A stretch of DNA of 64,000 bases from Actinomycetota bacterium (GTDB lineage Bacteria; Actinomycetota; Thermoleophilia; RBG-16-64-13), in the NCBI GenBank assembly GCA_012523095.1, contig JAAYJE010000033.1, positions 10,612 to 74,611 on the forward strand, written 5' to 3'. The position numbers and the translations under genes were made by a program. The notes under the pieces were generated by a model. It searched no databases. It was given only the letters and a program-made list of their open reading frames with translations, and was not told where the DNA came from. Positions within the stretch are counted from its first letter, which is position 1. Every line of letters starts with the position of its first letter. Shown piece by piece: positions 63,623 through 64,000 of the stretch.

Positions 63623-64000
63623 TCAGTAGACCCCGTATTCTTTCGCGGTCTTGATCATCGTGTGAAGGTTCTCTTCCTTACCTTCGTCGGCTACCGCCCC
63701 GAAGTCCACGATCAAGCCGCCGCCTTCGCCGGCGTCGTCGATGAGCCTGCGGGTGTAGTCGGCCACTTCTTCAGTGGTGCCGGCGTGGAGCAACGACAAG
63801 GGCACATTGCCCTGTATACAGGCAACCTTGCCTATGGTCTCTTTTGCTCGTGCCATATCGGTCTGATCGAAGAGCCAGATGGTCGAGCCCTTCGGCAGGT
63901 CGGAGATGACCTCCAGCCGTGAACCATAGCGGCCTTCGGCGAACAGGAACGGGATGGCCCCCTCGTCGATGAGGCCGATCAACATCGCTCGAAGCGACGG
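63623..64000 (-). CDS. uroporphyrinogen decarboxylase-family (MtaA/MtbA-like methylcobamide methyltransferase) protein, N-terminus outside window
   Basis: The C-terminal 125 aa (...IPFLFAEGRYGSRLEVISDL..., ACIQGNVPLSLLHAGTTEEV..., GGGLIVDFGA...) are typical of URO-D/MtaA-type enzymes. The frame stays open to the window edge. Confidence 0.75.
   Translation of the reverse strand, partial: PSLRAMLIGLIDEGAIPFLFAEGRYGSRLEVISDLPKGSTIWLFDQTDMARAKETIGKVACIQGNVPLSLLHAGTTEEVADYTRRLIDDAGEGGGLIVDFGAVADEGKEENLHTMIKTAKEYGVY

Overview
Gene-dense 64 kb window from a high-GC bacterium (roughly 60-65% by eye), with an apparently anaerobic lifestyle. I saw no rRNA, tRNA, CRISPR array, transposase or integrase. 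Many long ORFs in the track are antisense shadow ORFs typical of high-GC DNA, and I did not call them.

Content from left to right:
- Two convergent isochorismatase-like paralogues, a YkgJ Cys-cluster protein, and a CHRD lipoprotein next to an SLH/L,D-transpeptidase.
- A minus-strand operon: DUF364, FecCD/BtuCD-type ABC importer, lipoprotein, P-loop NTPase, and a small Cys-motif protein.
- An RRM RNA-binding protein with a clean terminator, and a lone RHH antitoxin-like gene.
- A candidate selenoprotein split by an in-frame UGA and translationally coupled to an MFS transporter.
- A TehA/PadR/DUF5320/DUF364 block, then a cupin plus a 2-hydroxyacyl-CoA dehydratase pair.
- A LigD polymerase domain next to a gutted ku remnant.
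- Thiolase/DUF35, threonine dehydratase, a four-subunit 2-oxoacid:ferredoxin oxidoreductase, crotonase and acyl-CoA dehydrogenase.
- An aspS::gatC fusion followed by a catalytically degenerate gatA and by gatB.
- A Wsp-type chemosensory operon (cheW-cheR-cheW-cheA/REC-cheB) with no receptor or output gene.
- RutB-like hydrolase, Zn-ADH, a pyrogallol-transhydroxylase-like Mo enzyme pair, an acyl-CoA dehydrogenase, and LysR with etfBA, ETF-QO and a CMD-family gene.
- A second Mo/W oxidoreductase with a mini-ferredoxin, proC, a CBS/ACT protein, and a corrinoid methyltransferase module at the right edge.

Most interesting observations:
- The UGA-containing ORF at 13111-14880.
- The AspRS-GatC fusion with a GatA that has lost its catalytic residues.
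- The truncated Wsp-like cluster.
- The tandem MPRGD small proteins.
- The triad-less isochorismatase-like pair.

All functional calls rest on reading the translations and on remembered family motifs. No database search was run.
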